DNA of 34,563 nucleotides from Patescibacteria group bacterium. GTDB taxonomy: Bacteria > Patescibacteriota > Microgenomatia > UBA8517. The translations under genes and the position numbers were made by a program. Position 1 is the first letter of the stretch, and every line of letters begins with the position of its first letter. The notes under the pieces are model-generated. The model was not told where the DNA came from. It saw only the letters and a program-made list of their open reading frames with translations, and searched no databases. The stretch covers positions 1-34,563 of the forward strand of contig JAHKAL010000050.1 of NCBI GenBank assembly GCA_018826545.1. Reading direction: 5' to 3'. This document shows, one piece after another, positions 33,698-34,563 of this stretch.

Positions 33698-34563
33698 TTA
33701 ATCTAATTTAGTTTGAAGATTCCAAAATTTCCTGTAAAGACCTTCTTTTTTATTAAGTAGGGTAGTGTGGGATCCTTCTTCAATAATTTTTCCCTGATCC
33801 AATACTATAATTCTATCTGCTCTCATTGCAGTTGAGAGTCTGTGGGCAATTATAATTGTGGTTTTCCCTTCCGATACTTTCCAAAATGAATCTTGAATAT
33901 ATTTTTCACTTTCTGAATCAAGCTGGCTTGTTGCCTCATCAAAAATAATAATATCGGGATTTGACACTATCATTCTGGCAATTGCTAAACGCTGCTTTTG
34001 TCCACCAGAGAGTTTTACCCCGCGCTCTCCAACCAAAGTTTTATATCCATTGGGAAGCTTTTTTATAAAAGAATCAATATGTGCAAGTTTTGAGGCATTT
34101 TCAATTTCTTTTTGAGAAACATTAATTTTTGGATAACCTATGTTATAAGAAATTGTATTATTAAAAAGAATTGGCTCTTGAGGAACAACTCCCATAAAAT
34201 TCCTAAGTTGTGATTTAGTGAACTTTTTTATATCTATTCCGTCAATATAAATTGTTCCCTTTTCAGGATCATAAAATCTCATTAAAAGTTTTATTAAAGT
34301 TGTTTTACCTGCACCTGATCTGCCTACTAGTGCAACTGACTCTCCTTTTTTAATTTTAAGACTAAGGCTTCTTAATGCATTCTGTTGACCTTCTTTATAT
34401 GAATAACTGATATTGGCAAAATCAACATCTCCTTTTACTTTTCTTTTTTTAATTGGATTTTCTGGATCTTTTACCTCAATAGGGTAATTAAATATTGAAA
34501 AATATTTTTCAATATCCGTAAATCCTTTAGCAATATCTCTTATACCCCAAATAAGATTATCAA
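33698..34563 (-). CDS. ABC exporter, fused TMD-NBD (MsbA/Atm1-like), 5' truncated by the window edge
   Basis: Frame is open to the window end. Walker A GRSGAGKTT lies upstream of the track start; also VPQE, LSGGQKQR, DEATSQLD, IAHRLST. Confidence 0.93.
   Translation of the reverse strand, partial: DNLIWGIRDIAKGFTDIEKYFSIFNYPIEVKDPENPIKKRKVKGDVDFANISYSYKEGQQNALRSLSLKIKKGESVALVGRSGAGKTTLIKLLMRFYDPEKGTIYIDGIDIKKFTKSQLRNFMGVVPQEPILFNNTISYNIGYPKINVSQKEIENASKLAHIDSFIKKLPNGYKTLVGERGVKLSGGQKQRLAIARMIVSNPDIIIFDEATSQLDSESEKYIQDSFWKVSEGKTTIIIAHRLSTAMRADRIIVLDQGKIIEEGSHTTLLNKKEGLYRKFWNLQTKLD

Noticed and set aside
1..34563. CRISPR array, IS element, DGR template/variable repeat, or stop-codon recoding
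   Set aside because: No regularly spaced repeats, transposase or reverse transcriptase seen. Core genes are uninterrupted and several end in TGA.

Overview
AT-rich bacterial chromosome segment in the standard genetic code (TGA is used as a stop). Gene content and architecture suggest a Patescibacteria/CPR genome of the Microgenomates type (inference from: TGS-less ThrS, B2-less PheT, DUF5660-like gene after tig, PilQ-less type IV pilus locus). The left 20 kb is mostly + strand housekeeping: tig (3' part), a DUF5660-like gene, a divergent class IV aminotransferase, tRNA-Val(GAC), a divergent Ham1 pyrophosphatase, tRNA-Ala(GGC), typA, thrS-infC-rpmI-rplT-pheST, PBP1A, tyrS, an unannotated 35-aa membrane microprotein, recG, rpmF-nusB-acp-rnc and rpsP-khpA. 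The right 14 kb is a minus-strand type IV pilus locus (pilB, pilT, pilC, major pilin, pilD, ten minor pilin-like genes, pilMNO) plus a truncated ABC exporter. The most interesting signals are hidden in intergenic DNA or single residues: (1) a 24-aa leader peptide with attenuator helices in front of a truncated M20 peptidase; (2) a PheM-like ribosome attenuator before pheST; (3) a compact T-box before thrS; (4) an ACP-fold protein lacking the phosphopantetheine serine, in a locus with no fatty-acid synthesis enzymes; (5) a palindrome over the pilB promoter; (6) a 30-nt exact repeat between pilin paralogs; (7) pervasive leaderless or short-UTR promoters. No integrase, transposase or CRISPR array was seen. 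All family assignments come from reading motifs by eye, with no database searches.
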